From assembly GCA_964016885.1 (NCBI GenBank), contig OZ024752.1, positions 23,126,001-23,190,000 on the forward strand: DNA of 64,000 bases, read 5' to 3'. The position numbers and the translations under genes are program-made. The stretch is from Eledone cirrhosa. Its lineage: Eukaryota. Of this stretch, positions 1 to 14,280 are shown piece by piece. Numbering within the stretch: position 1 is the stretch's first letter; each line of letters begins with the position of its first letter. The notes beneath the pieces are model-generated. The model did not search any database and was not told the origin of the DNA. It worked only from the letters and a program-made list of their open reading frames with translations.

Positions 1-2780
1 TCTATCTGACATTCTAGCGATTGTCATTCTATCTGACGTTTTAAGCACTGTCATTCTATCTGACGTTCTTATGACTGTCATTCTATATGACGTTCTAGCG
101 ACTGTCAATCTATCTAACGTTCTAGCGATTGTCATTCTATCTGACTTTCTAACGACTGTCATTTTATCAGACGTTCTAACGGCTGTCATTCTATCTGACG
201 TTCTAACGACTGTCATTCTATTTGACCTACTAGCAACTGTCATTCTATCTGACGTTCTAACGACTGTCATTCTATCTGACGTTATGGCGACTGATATTCT
301 ATCTGACGTTCTAATACCTGTCATTCTATTTGACGTTCTGACGACTGTCATTATATCTGACGTTCTGACCACTGTCATTCTATCTGACGTTCTAACGACT
401 GTCATTCTATTTGACATTCTAGTGACTGTCATTCTATCTGACGTTCTAACAACTGTCATTCTATCTGACGTTCTATCGGCTGTCATTCTATGTGACCTTC
501 TAACGACTGTCATTCTATCTGACGTTCTAGCGACTGTCATTCTATCTGAGGTTCTAGCACTGTCATTCTATCTGACGTTCTAACCACTGTCATTCTATCT
601 CACGTTCTAGCGACTGTCATTCTATCTGACGTTCTAACGACTGTAATTCTATCTGACGTTCTAACGACTGTCATTCTATCTTACGTTCTAACCAATGTCA
701 TTCTATCTGACGTTCTAACGGCTGTCATTCTATCTGAAGTTCTAGCGACGGTCATTCTATTTCACGCTCTAACGACTGTCATTCTATCTGACATTCTAGC
801 GATTGTCATTCTATCTGACGTTCTAACAACTGTCATTCTATCTGACATTCTAGCAACTGACATTCTACCTGAAGTTCTAACGACTGTCATTCTATCTGAC
901 GTTCTGGCGACTTTCATTTTATCTGACGTTCTAACCACTGTCATTCTATTTGACGTTCTAGCGACCGTCATTCTATTTGATGTTCTAACGACTGTCATTC
1001 TATCTGCCGTTCTAAGGACTGTCGTTCTATCTAACGTTCTAGCGATTGTCATACTATCTGACGTTCTAACGACTGTCATTTTATCTGACAATCTAACGCC
1101 TGTCATTCTATTTGACGTTCTAACGACTGTCATTATATCTGACGTTCTAACCACTGTCATTCTATCTGACGTTCTAACGACTGTCATTCCATCTGACATT
1201 CTAGCGACTGTTATTCTATCTGACGTTCTAACGACTGCCATTCTATCTGACGTTCTAACCAGTCATTCTATCTGACGTTCTAACGACTGCCATTCTATCT
1301 GACGTTCTAACCAGTCATTCTATCTAACGTTCTAATGACTGTCATTCTATCTGAATTTCTAACGACTGTCATTCTATCTGACGTTCTAACGTCTGTCATT
1401 TGATCTGATGTTCTAACGACTGTCATTCTATCTGACGTTCTAACGACTGTCATTCTATCTGACGCTCTAGTGACTGTCATTCTATCTGAATTTCTAACGA
1501 CTGTCAGTCTATCTGACGTTTTAGCGACTGTCATTCTATCTGAGTTCTAACGACTGTCATTCTATATGACGTCCTAGCGACTGTCATTTTCTCTGACGTT
1601 CTAGTGACTGTCATTCTATCTGACTTTCTAACGACTGTCATTTTATCAGACGTTCTAACGGCTGTCATTCTATCTGACGTTCTAACGACTGTCATTCTAT
1701 CTGACATTCTAGCGACTGTCATTCTATCTGACGTTCTAACGACTGCCATTCTATCTGACGTTCTGAAGCCTGTCATTCTATCTGACGTTCTAACCACTGT
1801 CATTCTATCTGACGTTCTAGCGACTGTCATTCTATCTGACGTTCTAACGACTGTAATTCTATCTGACGTTCTAACGACTGTTATTCTTACTGATATTCTA
1901 GCGACTGTCATTCTATCTGACGTTTTAACGACTGTCATTCCATCTGACATTCTAGCGATTGTCATTCTATCTGACGTTTTAAGCACTGTCATTCTATCTG
2001 ACGTTCTTATGACTGTCATTCTATATGACGTTCTAGCGACTGTCAATCTATCTAACGTTCTAGCGATTGTCATTCTATCTGACTTTCTAACGACTGTCAT
2101 TTTATCAGACGTTCTAACGGCTGTCATTCTATCTGACGTTCTAACGACTGTCATTCTATTTGACCTACTAGCAACTGTCATTCTATCTGACGTTCTAACG
2201 ACTGTCATTCTATCTGACGTTATGGCGACTGATATTCTATCTGACGTTCTAATACCTGTCATTCTATTTGACGTTCTGACGACTGTCATTATATCTGACG
2301 TTCTGACCACTGTCATTCTATCTGACGTTCTAACGACTGTCATTCTATTTGACATTCTAGTGACTGTCATTCTATCTTACGTTCTAACAACTGTCATTCT
2401 ATCTGACGTTCTATCGGCTGTCATTCTATGTGACCTTCTAACGACCGTCATTCTATCTGACGTTCTAGCGACTGTCATTCTATCTGAGGTTCTAGCGACT
2501 GTCATTCTATCTGACGTTCTAACCACCGTCATTCTATCTGACGTTCTAGCGACTGTCATTCTATCTGACATTCTAACGACTGTAATTCTATCTGACGTTC
2601 TAACGACTGTCATTCTATCTTACGTTCTAACCAATGTCATTCTATCTGACGTTCTAACGACTGTCATTCTATCTGAAATTCTAGCGACGGTCATTCTATT
2701 TCACGCTCTAACGACTGTCATTCTATCTGACATTCTAGCGATTGTCATTCTATCTGACGTTCTAACAACTGTCATTCTAT
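1..2780. repeat. Higher-order duplication, offset 1938/1939 bp (about 1-840 repeated at about 1940-2780)
   Basis: The same order of rare variants (TTTAAGCACT, GACCTACTAG, TTATGGCGACTGATATT, AATACCTG, TTCACGCTCT) occurs in both. The ATG at 71 matches 2009 and the ORF end at 762 matches 2701. A 1-bp deletion near 558 shifts the offset. Confidence 0.85.
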
Positions 2781-5208
2781 CTGACATTCTAATGACTGTC
2801 ATTCTATCTGACATTCTAGCAACTGACATTCTATTTGACGTTCTAACGACTGTCATTCTATCTGACGTTCTAACGACTGTCATTCTATCTGACATTCTAG
2901 CGACTGTCATTCTATCTGACGTTCTAACGACTGCCATTCTATCTGACGTTCTAACCAGTCATTCTATCTGGCGTTCTAGCGACTGTCATTCCATCTGACG
3001 TTCTAACGACTGTCATTCTGTTTGCTGTTCTAGAGACTGTCATTCTATCTGACGTTCTAACAACTCTCATTCTATCTGACGATCTATCGGCTGTCATTCT
3101 ATGTGACCTTCTAACGACTGTCATTCTATCTGACGTTCTAACCACTGTCATTCTATCTGAAGTTCTAGCGACTGTCATTCTATTTGATGTTCTAACGACT
3201 GTCATTCTATCTGACGTTCTAACGACTGTCCTTCTATCTGACGTTCTAACGACTGCCATTCTATCTGATGTTCTAACCAGTCATTATATCTGACGTTCTA
3301 GCGACTGCCATTCCATCTGACCTTCTAACGACTGTCATTCTATCTCACGTTCTAACCACTGTCATTCTATTGTGACGTTCTAGTGACTGTAATTCTATCT
3401 GAATTTTTAACGTCTATCATTTGATCTGATGTTCTAACGACTGTCATTCTATCTGACGTTCTAACGACTGCCATTCTATCTGATTTTCTAACCAGTCATT
3501 CTATCTGACGTTCTAGCGACTGTCATTCTATTTGTTGTTCTAGAGACTGTCATTCTGTCTGACGTTCTAACCACTGTCATTCTATCTGACGTTCTAGTGA
3601 CTGTCATTCTATTTGCTGTTCTAGAGACTGTCATTCTGTCTGACGTTCTAACAACTGTCATTCTATCTGACGTTCTATCGGCTGTCATTCTATGTGACCT
3701 TCTAACGACTGTCATTCTATCTGACGTTATGGCGACTGATATTCTATCTGACGTTCTAATACCTGTCATTCTATTTGACGTTCTGACGACTGTCATTATA
3801 TCTGACGTTCTAACGACTGTCATTCTATTTGACATTCTAGTGACTGTCATTCTATCTTACGTTCTAACAACTGTCATTCTATCTGACGTTCTATCGGCTG
3901 TCATTCTATGTGACCTTCTAACGACCGTCATTCTATCTGACGTTCTAGCGACTGTCATTCTATCTGAGGTTCTAGCGACTGTCATTCTATCTGACGTTCT
4001 AACCACCGTCATTCTATCTGACGTTCTAGCGACTGTCATTCTATCTGACATTCTAACGACTGTAATTCTATCTGACGTTCTAACGACTGTCATTCTATCT
4101 TACGTTCTAACCAATGTCATTCTATCTGACGTTCTAACGACTGTCATTCTATCTGAAATTCTAGCGACGGTCATTCTATTTCACGCTCTAACGACTGTCA
4201 TTCTATCTGACATTCTAGCGATTGTCATTCTATCTGACGTTCTAACAACTGTCATTCTATCTGACATTCTAATGACTGTCATTCTATCTGACATTCTAGC
4301 AACTGACATTCTATTTGACGTTCTAACGACTGTCATTCTATCTGACGTTCTAACGACTGTCATTCTATCTGACATTCTAGCGACTGTCATTCTATCTGAC
4401 GTTCTAACGACTGCCATTCTATCTGACGTTCTAACCAGTCATTCTATCTGGCGTTCTAGCGACTGTCATTCCATCTGACGTTCTAACGACTGTCATTCTG
4501 TTTGCTGTTCTAGAGACTGTCATTCTATCTGACGTTCTAACAACTCTCATTCTATCTGACGATCTATCGGCTGTCATTCTATGTGACCTTCTAACGACTG
4601 TCATTCTATCTGACGTTCTAACCACTGTCATTCTATCTGAAGTTCTAGCGACTGTCATTCTATTTGATGTTCTAACGACTGTCATTCTATCTGACGTTCT
4701 AACGACTGTCCTTCTATCTGACGTTCTAACGACTGCCATTCTATCTGATGTTCTAACCAGTCATTATATCTGACGTTCTAGCGACTGCCATTCCATCTGA
4801 CCTTCTAACGACTGTCATTCTATCTCACGTTCTAACCACTGTCATTCTATTGTGACGTTCTAGTGACTGTAATTCTATCTGAATTTTTAACGTCTATCAT
4901 TTGATCTGATGTTCTAACGACTGTCATTCTATCTGACGTTCTAACGACTGCCATTCTATCTGATTTTCTAACCAGTCATTCTATCTGACGTTCTAGCGAC
5001 TGTCATTCTATTTGTTGTTCTAGAGACTGTCATTCTGTCTGACGTTCTAACCACTGTCATTCTATCTGACGTTCTAGTGACTGTCATTCTATTTGCTGTT
5101 CTAGAGACTGTCATTCTGTCTGACGTTCTAACAACTGTCATTCTATCTGACGTTCTATCGGCTGTCATTCTATGTGACCTTCTAACGACTGTCATTCTAT
5201 CTGACGTT
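2200..5208. repeat. Tandem higher-order duplication, unit about 1480 bp (2 copies)
   Basis: Identical ORF translations occur at a constant offset of 1480 (2377/3857, 2701/4181, 2951/4431), and ORF ends 3488/4968 also match. Shared private variants include GACGATCTATCGG and TTTGTTGTTCTAGAG. Confidence 0.9.
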
Positions 5209-8200
5209 CTAACCACTGTCATTCTATCTGAAGTTCTAGCGACTGTCATTCTATTTGATGTTCTAACGACTGTCATTCTCTCTGACGTTCTAACGACTGC
5301 CATTCTATCTGATGTTCTAACGACTGTCATTCTATCTGCCGTTCTAGCGACTGTCATTCTATCTGACGTTCTAACCACTGTCATTCTATCTGACGTTCTA
5401 GTGACTGTCATTCTATCTGACGTTCTAACCACTGTCATTCTATCTGACGTTCTAGTGATTGTCATTCTATCTGAATTTCTAACGACTGTCATTCTATCTG
5501 ACGTTCTAACGTCTGTCATTTGATCTGATTTTCTAACGACTGTCATTCTATCTGACGTTCTAACGACTGACATTCTATCTGACGTTCTAGCGTCTGTCAT
5601 TCTATCTGAGTTCTAACGACTGTCATTCTATCTGACGCCCTAGCGACTGTCATTCTATCTGACGTTCTAGCGACTGCCATTCCATCTGACGTTCTAACGA
5701 CTGTCATTCTATCTGCCGTTTTAGAGACTGTCGTTCTATCTTACGTTCTAACAACTGTCAGTCTATCTGACATTCTAACGACTGTCATTCTATCTGATGT
5801 TCTAACGACTGTCATTCTATCTGACGTTCTAGCGACTGTCATTCTATCTGACGTTCTAACCACTGTCATTCTATCTGACGTTCTAGTGACTGTAATTCTA
5901 TCTGACGTTCTAACCACTGTCATTCTGTCTGACGTTCTAGTGATTGTCATTCTATCTGAATTTCTAACGGCTGTCATTCTATCTGACGTTCTAACGTCTG
6001 TCATTTGATCTGATGTTCTAACGACTGTCATTCTATCTGACATTCTAGCGTCTGTCATTCTATCTGAGTTCTAACGACTGTCCTTCTATCAGACGTCCTA
6101 GCGACTGTCATTCTATCTGACGTCCTATCCACTGTCATTCTGACGTTCTAGCGAATGTCATTTTCTCTAACGTTCTAGTGACTGTCATTCTATCTGATGT
6201 TCTAACGACTATCATTCTATCTGACATTCTAGCGACTGTCATTCTCTCTGACGTTCTTATGACTGTCATTCTATCTGACGTTCTAGCAACTGTCAATCTA
6301 TCTAACGTTCTAGCGATTGACATTCTATCTGACGTTCTAACGACTATCAATCTATCTGACATTCTAGCGACTGTCATTCTATCTGACGTTCTAACGACTG
6401 TCATTCCATCTGCCGTTCTAGAGACAGTCATTCTATCTGACGTTCTAACAACTGTCATTCTCTCTGACGTTCTTATGACTGTCATTCTATCTGACGTTCT
6501 AGCAACTGTCAATCTATCTAACGTTCTAGCGATTGTCATTCTATCTGACGTTCTATCGGCTGTCATTCTATGTGACCTTCTAACGACTGTCATTCTATCT
6601 GCCGTTCTAACGACTGTCGTTCTATCTGACGTTCTAGCGACTGTCATTCTATCTGACGTTCTAACAACTGCCATTCTATCTGACGTTCTAACCAGTCATT
6701 CTATCTGACTTTCTAGCGACTGTCATTACATCTGACGTTCTAGCGACTGTCATTCTATCTGGCTTTCTAACCACTGTCATTCTATCTGACGTTCTAGCGA
6801 CTGTCATTCCATCTGACGTTCTAGCGACTGTCATTCTATTTGATGTTCTAACGACTGTCATTCTATCTGCCGTTTTAGAGACTGTCGTTCTATCTTACGT
6901 TCTAACAACTGTCATTCTATCTGATGTTCTAACGACTGTCCTTCTATCTGACGTTCTAACGACTGCCATTCTATCTGATGTTCTAACCAGTCATTCTATC
7001 TGACGTTCTAGCGACTGCCATTCCATCTGACGTTCTAACGACTGTCATTCTATCTGACGTTCTAGCGAATGTCATTCTATCTCACGTTCTAACCACTGTC
7101 ATTCTATCTGACGTTCTAGTGACTGTCATTCTATCTGAATTTTTAACGTCTGTCATTTGATCTGACGTTCTAACGACTGTCATTCTATCTGACGTTCTAA
7201 CGACTGCCATTCTATCTGATGTTCTAACCAGTCATTCTATCTGACGTTCTAGCGACTGCCATTCCATCTGACGTTCTAACCACTGTCATTCTATCTGACG
7301 TTCTAGTGACTGTCATCCTATCTGAATTTCTAACGTCTGTCATTTGATCTGATGTTCTGACCACTGTCATTCTATATGACGTTCTAGCGACTGTCAATCT
7401 ATCTAACGTTCTAGCGATTGTCATTCTATCTGACTTTCTAACGACTGTCATTTTATCAGACGTTCTAACGGCTGTCATTCTATCTGACGTTCTAACGACT
7501 GTCATTCTATTTGACCTACTAGCAACTGTCATTCTATCTGACGTTCTAACGACTGTCATTCTATCTGACGTTATGGCGACTGATATTCTATCTGACGTTC
7601 TAATACCTGTCATTCTATTTGACGTTCTGACGACTGTCATTATATCTGACGTTCTGACCACTGACATTCTATCTGACGTTCTAACGACTGTCATTCTATT
7701 TGACATTCTAGTGACTGTCATTCTATCTTACGTTCTAACAACTGTCATTCTATCTGACGTTCTATCGGCTGTCATTCTATGTGACCTTCTAACGACTGTC
7801 ATTCTATCTGACGTTCTAGCGACTGTCATTCTATCTGAGGTTCTAGCGACTGTCATTCTATCTGACGTTCTAACCACCGTCATTCTATCTGACGTTCTAG
7901 CGACTGTCATTCTATCTGACGTTCTAACGACTGTAATTCTATCTGACGTTCTAACGACTGTCATTCTATCTTACGTTCTAACCAATGTCATTCTATCTGA
8001 CGTTCTAACGACTGTCATTCTATCTGAAATTCTAGCGAAGGTCATTCTATTTCACGCTCTAACGACTGTCATTCTATCTGACATTCTAGCGATTGTCATT
8101 CTATTTGACGTTCTAACGACTGTCATTCTATCTGACGTTCTAACGACTGTCATTCTATCTGACATTCTAGCGACTGTCATTCTATCTGACGTTCTAACGA

Positions 8201-11200
8201 CTGCCATTCTATCTGACGTTCTAACCAGTCATTCTATCTGGCGTTCTAGCGACTGTCATTCCATCTGACGTTCTAACGACTGTCATTCTGTTTGCTGTTC
8301 TAGAGACTGTCATTCTATCTGACGTTCTAACAACTCTCATTCTATCTGACGTTCTATCGGCTGTCATTCTATGTGACCTTCTAACGACTGTCATTCTATC
8401 TGACGTTCTAACCACTGTCATTCTATCTGAAGTTCTAGCGACTGTCATTCTATTTGATGTTCTAACGACTGTCATTCTATCTGACGTTCTAACGACTGTC
8501 ATTCTATCTCACGTTCTAACCACTGTCATTCTATTGTGACGTTCTAGTGACTGTAATTCTATCTGAATTTTTAACGTCTGTCATTTGATCTGATGTTCTA
8601 ACGACTGTCATTCTATCTGACGTTCTAACGACTGCCATTCTATCTGATTTTCTAACCAGTCATTCTATCTGACGTTCTAGCGACTGTCATTCTATTTGTT
8701 GTTCTAGAGACTGTCATTCTGTCTGACGTTCTAACCACTGTCATTCTATCTGACGTTCTAGTGACTGTCATTCTATTTGCTGTTCTAGAGACTGTCATTC
8801 TGTCTGACGTTCTAACAACTGTCATTCTATCTGATGTTCTATCGGCTGTCATTCTATGTGACCTTCTAACGACTGTCATTCTATCTGACGTTCTAACCAC
8901 TGTCATTCTATCTGAAGTTCTAGCGACTGTCATTCTATTTGATGTTCTAACGACTGTCATTCTCTCAGACGTTCTAACGTCTGCCATTCTATCTGATGTT
9001 CTAACGACTGTCATTCTATCTGCCGTTTTAGCGACTGTCATTCTATCTGACGTTCTAACCACTGTCATTCTATCTGACGTTCTAGTGACTGTCATTCTAT
9101 CTGACGTTCTAACCACTGTCATTCTATCTGACGTTCTAGTGATTGTCATTCTATCTGAATTTCTAACCACTGTCATTCTATCTGACGTTCTAACGTCTGT
9201 CATTTGATCTGATTTTCTATCGACTGTCATTCTATCTGACGTTCTAACGACTGACATTCTATCTGACGTTCTAGCGTCTGTCATTCTATCTGAGTTCTAA
9301 CGACTGTCATTCTATCTGACGTCCTAGCGACTGTCATTCTATCTGACGTTCTAACCACTGTCATTCTGACGTTCTAGTGACTGTCATTCTATCTGACGTT
9401 CTAGCGACTGCCATTCCATCTGACGTTCTAACGACTGTCATTCTATCTGCCGTTTTAGAGACTGTCGTTCTATCTTACGTTCTAACAACTGTCAGTCTAT
9501 CTGACGTTCTAACGACTGTCATTCTATCTGATGTTCTAACGACTGTCATTCTATCTGACGTTCTAGCGACTGTCATTCTATCTGACGTTCTAACCACTGT
9601 CATTCTATCTGACGTTCTAGTGACTGTAATTCTATCTGACGTTCTAACCACTGTCATTCTGTCTGACGTTCTAGTGATTGTCATTCTATCTGAATTTCTA
9701 ACGGCTGTCATTCTATCTGACGTTCTAACGTCTGTCATTTGATCTGATGTTCTAACGACTGTCATTCTATCTGACATTCTAGCGTCTGTCATTCTATCTG
9801 AGTTCTAACGACTGTCCTTCTATCAGACGTCCTAGCGACTGTCATTCTATCTGACGTCCTATCCACTGTCATTCTGACGTTCTAGCGAATGTCATTTTCT
9901 CTAACGTTCTAGTGACTGTCATTCTATCTGATGTTCTAACGACTATCATTCTATCTGACATTCTAGCGACTGTCATTCTCTCTGACGTTCTTATGACTGT
10001 CATTCTATCTGACGTTCTAGCAACTGTCAATCTATCTAACGTTCTAGCGATTGACATTCTATCTGACGTTCTAACGACTATCAATCTATCTGACATTCTA
10101 GCGACTGTCATTCTATCTGACGTTCTAACGACTGTCATTCCATCTGCCGTTCTAGAGACAGTCATTCTATCTGACGTTCTAACAACTGTCATTCTCTCTG
10201 ACGTTCTTATGACTGTCATTCTATCTGACGTTCTAGCAACTGTCAATCTATCTAACGTTCTAGCGATTGTCATTCTATCTGACGTTCTATCGGCTGTCAT
10301 TCTATGTGACCTTCTAACGACTGTCATTCTATCTGCCGTTCTAACGACTGTCGTTCTATCTGACGTTCTAGCGACTGTCATTCTATCTGACGTTCTAACA
10401 ACTGCCATTCTATCTGACGTTCTAACCAGTCATTCTATCTGACTTTCTAGCGACTGTCATTACATCTGACGTTCTAGCGACTGTCATTCTATCTGGCTTT
10501 CTAACCACTGTCATTCTATCTGACGTTCTAGCGACTGTCATTCCATCTGACGTTCTAGCGACTGTCATTCTATTTGATGTTCTAACGACTGTCATTCTAT
10601 CTGCCGTTTTAGAGACTGTCGTTCTATCTTACGTTCTAACAACTGTCATTCTATCTGATGTTCTAACGACTGTCCTTCTATCTGACGTTCTAACGACTGC
10701 CATTCTATCTGATGTTCTAACCAGTCATTCTATCTGACGTTCTAGCGACTGCCATTCCATCTGACGTTCTAACGACTGTCATTCTATCTGACGTTCTAGC
10801 GAATGTCATTCTATCTCACGTTCTAACCACTGTCATTCTATCTGACGTTCTAGTGACTGTCATTCTATCTGAATTTTTAACGTCTGTCATTTGATCTGAC
10901 GTTCTAACGACTGTCATTCTATCTGACGTTCTAACGACTGCCATTCTATCTGATGTTCTAACCAGTCATTCTATCTGACGTTCTAGCGACTGCCATTCCA
11001 TCTGACGTTCTAACCACTGTCATTCTATCTGACGTTCTAGTGACTGTCATCCTATCTGAATTTCTAACGTCTGTCATTTGATCTGATGTTCTGACCACTG
11101 TCATTCTATATGACGTTCTAGCGACTGTCAATCTATCTAACGTTCTAGCGATTGTCATTCTATCTGACTTTCTAACGACTGTCATTTTATCAGACGTTCT

Positions 11201-14200
11201 AACGGCTGTCATTCTATCTGACGTTCTAACGACTGTCATTCTATTTGACCTACTAGCAACTGTCATTCTATCTGACGTTCTAACGACTGTCATTCTATCT
11301 GACGTTATGGCGACTGATATTCTATCTGACGTTCTAATACCTGTCATTCTATTTGACGTTCTGACGACTGTCATTATATCTGACGTTCTGACCACTGACA
11401 TTCTATCTGACGTTCTAACGACTGTCATTCTATTTGACATTCTAGTGACTGTCATTCTATCTTACGTTCTAACAACTGTCATTCTATCTGACGTTCTATC
11501 GGCTGTCATTCTATGTGACCTTCTAACGACTGTCATTCTATCTGACGTTCTAGCGACTGTCATTCTATCTGAGGTTCTAGCGACTGTCATTCTATCTGAC
11601 GTTCTAACCACCGTCATTCTATCTGACGTTCTAGCGACTGTCATTCTATCTGACGTTCTAACGACTGTAATTCTATCTGACGTTCTAACGACTGTCATTC
11701 TATCTTACGTTCTAACCAATGTCATTCTATCTGACGTTCTAACGACTGTCATTCTATCTGAAATTCTAGCGAAGGTCATTCTATTTCACGCTCTAACGAC
11801 TGTCATTCTATCTGACATTCTAGCGATTGTCATTCTATTTGACGTTCTAACGACTGTCATTCTATCTGACGTTCTAACGACTGTCATTCTATCTGACATT
11901 CTAGCGACTGTCATTCTATCTGACGTTCTAACGACTGCCATTCTATCTGACGTTCTAACCAGTCATTCTATCTGGCGTTCTAGCGACTGTCATTCCATCT
12001 GACGTTCTAACGACTGTCATTCTGTTTGCTGTTCTAGAGACTGTCATTCTATCTGACGTTCTAACAACTCTCATTCTATCTGACGTTCTATCGGCTGTCA
12101 TTCTATGTGACCTTCTAACGACTGTCATTCTATCTGACGTTCTAACCACTGTCATTCTATCTGAAGTTCTAGCGACTGTCATTCTATTTGATGTTCTAAC
12201 GACTGTCATTCTATCTGACGTTCTAACGACTGTCATTCTATCTCACGTTCTAACCACTGTCATTCTATTGTGACGTTCTAGTGACTGTAATTCTATCTGA
12301 ATTTTTAACGTCTGTCATTTGATCTGATGTTCTAACGACTGTCATTCTATCTGACGTTCTAACGACTGCCATTCTATCTGATTTTCTAACCAGTCATTCT
12401 ATCTGACGTTCTAGCGACTGTCATTCTATTTGTTGTTCTAGAGACTGTCATTCTGTCTGACGTTCTAACCACTGTCATTCTATCTGACGTTCTAGTGACT
12501 GTCATTCTATTTGCTGTTCTAGAGACTGTCATTCTGTCTGACGTTCTAACAACTGTCATTCTATCTGACGTTCTATCGGCTGTCATTCTATGTGACCTTC
12601 TAACGACTGTCATTCTATCTGACGTTCTAACCACTGTCATTCTATCTGAAGTTCTAGCGACTGTCATTCTATTTGATGTTCTAACGACTGTCATTCTCTC
12701 AGACGTTCTAACGTCTGCCATTCTATCTGATGTTCTAACGACTGTCATTCTATCTGCCGTTTTAGCGACTGTCATTCTATCTGACGTTCTAACCACTGTC
12801 ATTCTATCTGACGTTCTAGTGACTGTCATTCTATCTGACGTTCTAACCACTGTCATTCTATCTGACGTTCTAGTGATTGTCATTCTATCTGAATTTCTAA
12901 CCACTGTCATTCTATCTGACGTTCTAACGTCTGTCATTTGATCTGATTTTCTAACGACTGTCATTCTATCTGACGTTCTAACGACTGACATTCTATCTGA
13001 CGTTCTAGCGTCTGTCATTCTATCTGAGTTCTAACGACTGTCATTCTATCTGACGTCCTAGCGACTGTCATTCTATCTGACGTTCTAACCACTGTCATTC
13101 TGACGTTCTAGTGACTGTCATTCTATCTGACGTTCTAGCGACTGCCATTCCATCTGACGTTCTAACGACTGTCATTCTATCTGCCGTTTTAGAGACTGTC
13201 GTTCTATCTTACGTTCTAACAACTGTCAGTCTATCTGACGTTCTAACGACTGTCATTCTATCTGATGTTCTAACGACTGTCATTCTATCTGACGTTCTAG
13301 CGACTGTCATTCTATCTGACGTTCTAACCACTGTCATTCTATCTGACGTTCTAGTGACTGTAATTCTATCTGACGTTCTAACCACTGTCATTCTGTCTGA
13401 CGTTCTAGTGATCGTCATTTGATCTGATGTTCTAACGACTGTCATTCTATCTGACATTCTAGCGTCTGTCATTCTATCTGAGTTCTAACGACTGTCCTTC
13501 TATCAGACGTCCTAGCGACTGTCATTCTATCTGACGTCCTATCCACTGTCATTCTGACGTTCTAGCGACTGTCATTTTCTCTAACGTTCTAGTGACTGTC
13601 ATTCTATCTGACGTTCTAACGACTATCATTCTATCTGACATTCTAGCGACTGTCATTCTCTCTGACGTTCTTATGACTGTCATTCTATCTGACGTTCTAG
13701 CAACTGTCAATCTATCTAACGTTCTAACGATTGTCATTCTATCTGACGTTCTAACGACTATCAATCTATCTGACATTCTAGCGACTGTCATTCTATCTGA
13801 CGTTCTAACGACTGTCATTCCATCTGCCGTTCTAGAGACAGTCATTCTATCTGACGTTCTAACAACTGTCATTCTCTCTGACGTTCTTATGACTGTCATT
13901 CTATCTGACGTTCTAGCAACTGTCAATCTATCTAACGTTCTAGCGATTGTCATTCTATCTGATGTTCTATCGGCTGTCATTCTATGTGACCTTCTAACGA
14001 CTGTCATTCTATCTGCCGTTCTAACGACTGTCGTTCTATCTGACGTTCTAGCGACTGTCATTCTATCTGACGTTCTAACAACTGCCATTCTATCTGACGT
14101 TCTAACCAGTCATTCTATCTGACTTTCTAGCGACTGTCATTCCATCTGACGTTCTAGCGACTGTCATTCTATCTGGCTTTCTAACCACTGTCATTCTATC

Positions 14201-14280
14201 TGACGTTCTAGCGACTGTCATTCCATCTGACGTTCTAGCGACTGTCATTCTATTTGATGTTCTAACGACTGTCATTCTAT
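4810..14280. repeat. Higher-order repeat, unit 3734 bp, about 2.5 tandem copies
   Basis: ORF pairs are offset by 3734 (5741/9475, 6135/9869, 7224/10958, 7573/11307, 8221/11955, 8652/12386, 9377/13111). Offsets of 3684 (4968/8652) and 3680 (9869/13549) at the ends reflect loss of 27+23 bp and 2x27 bp. Confidence 0.92.
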
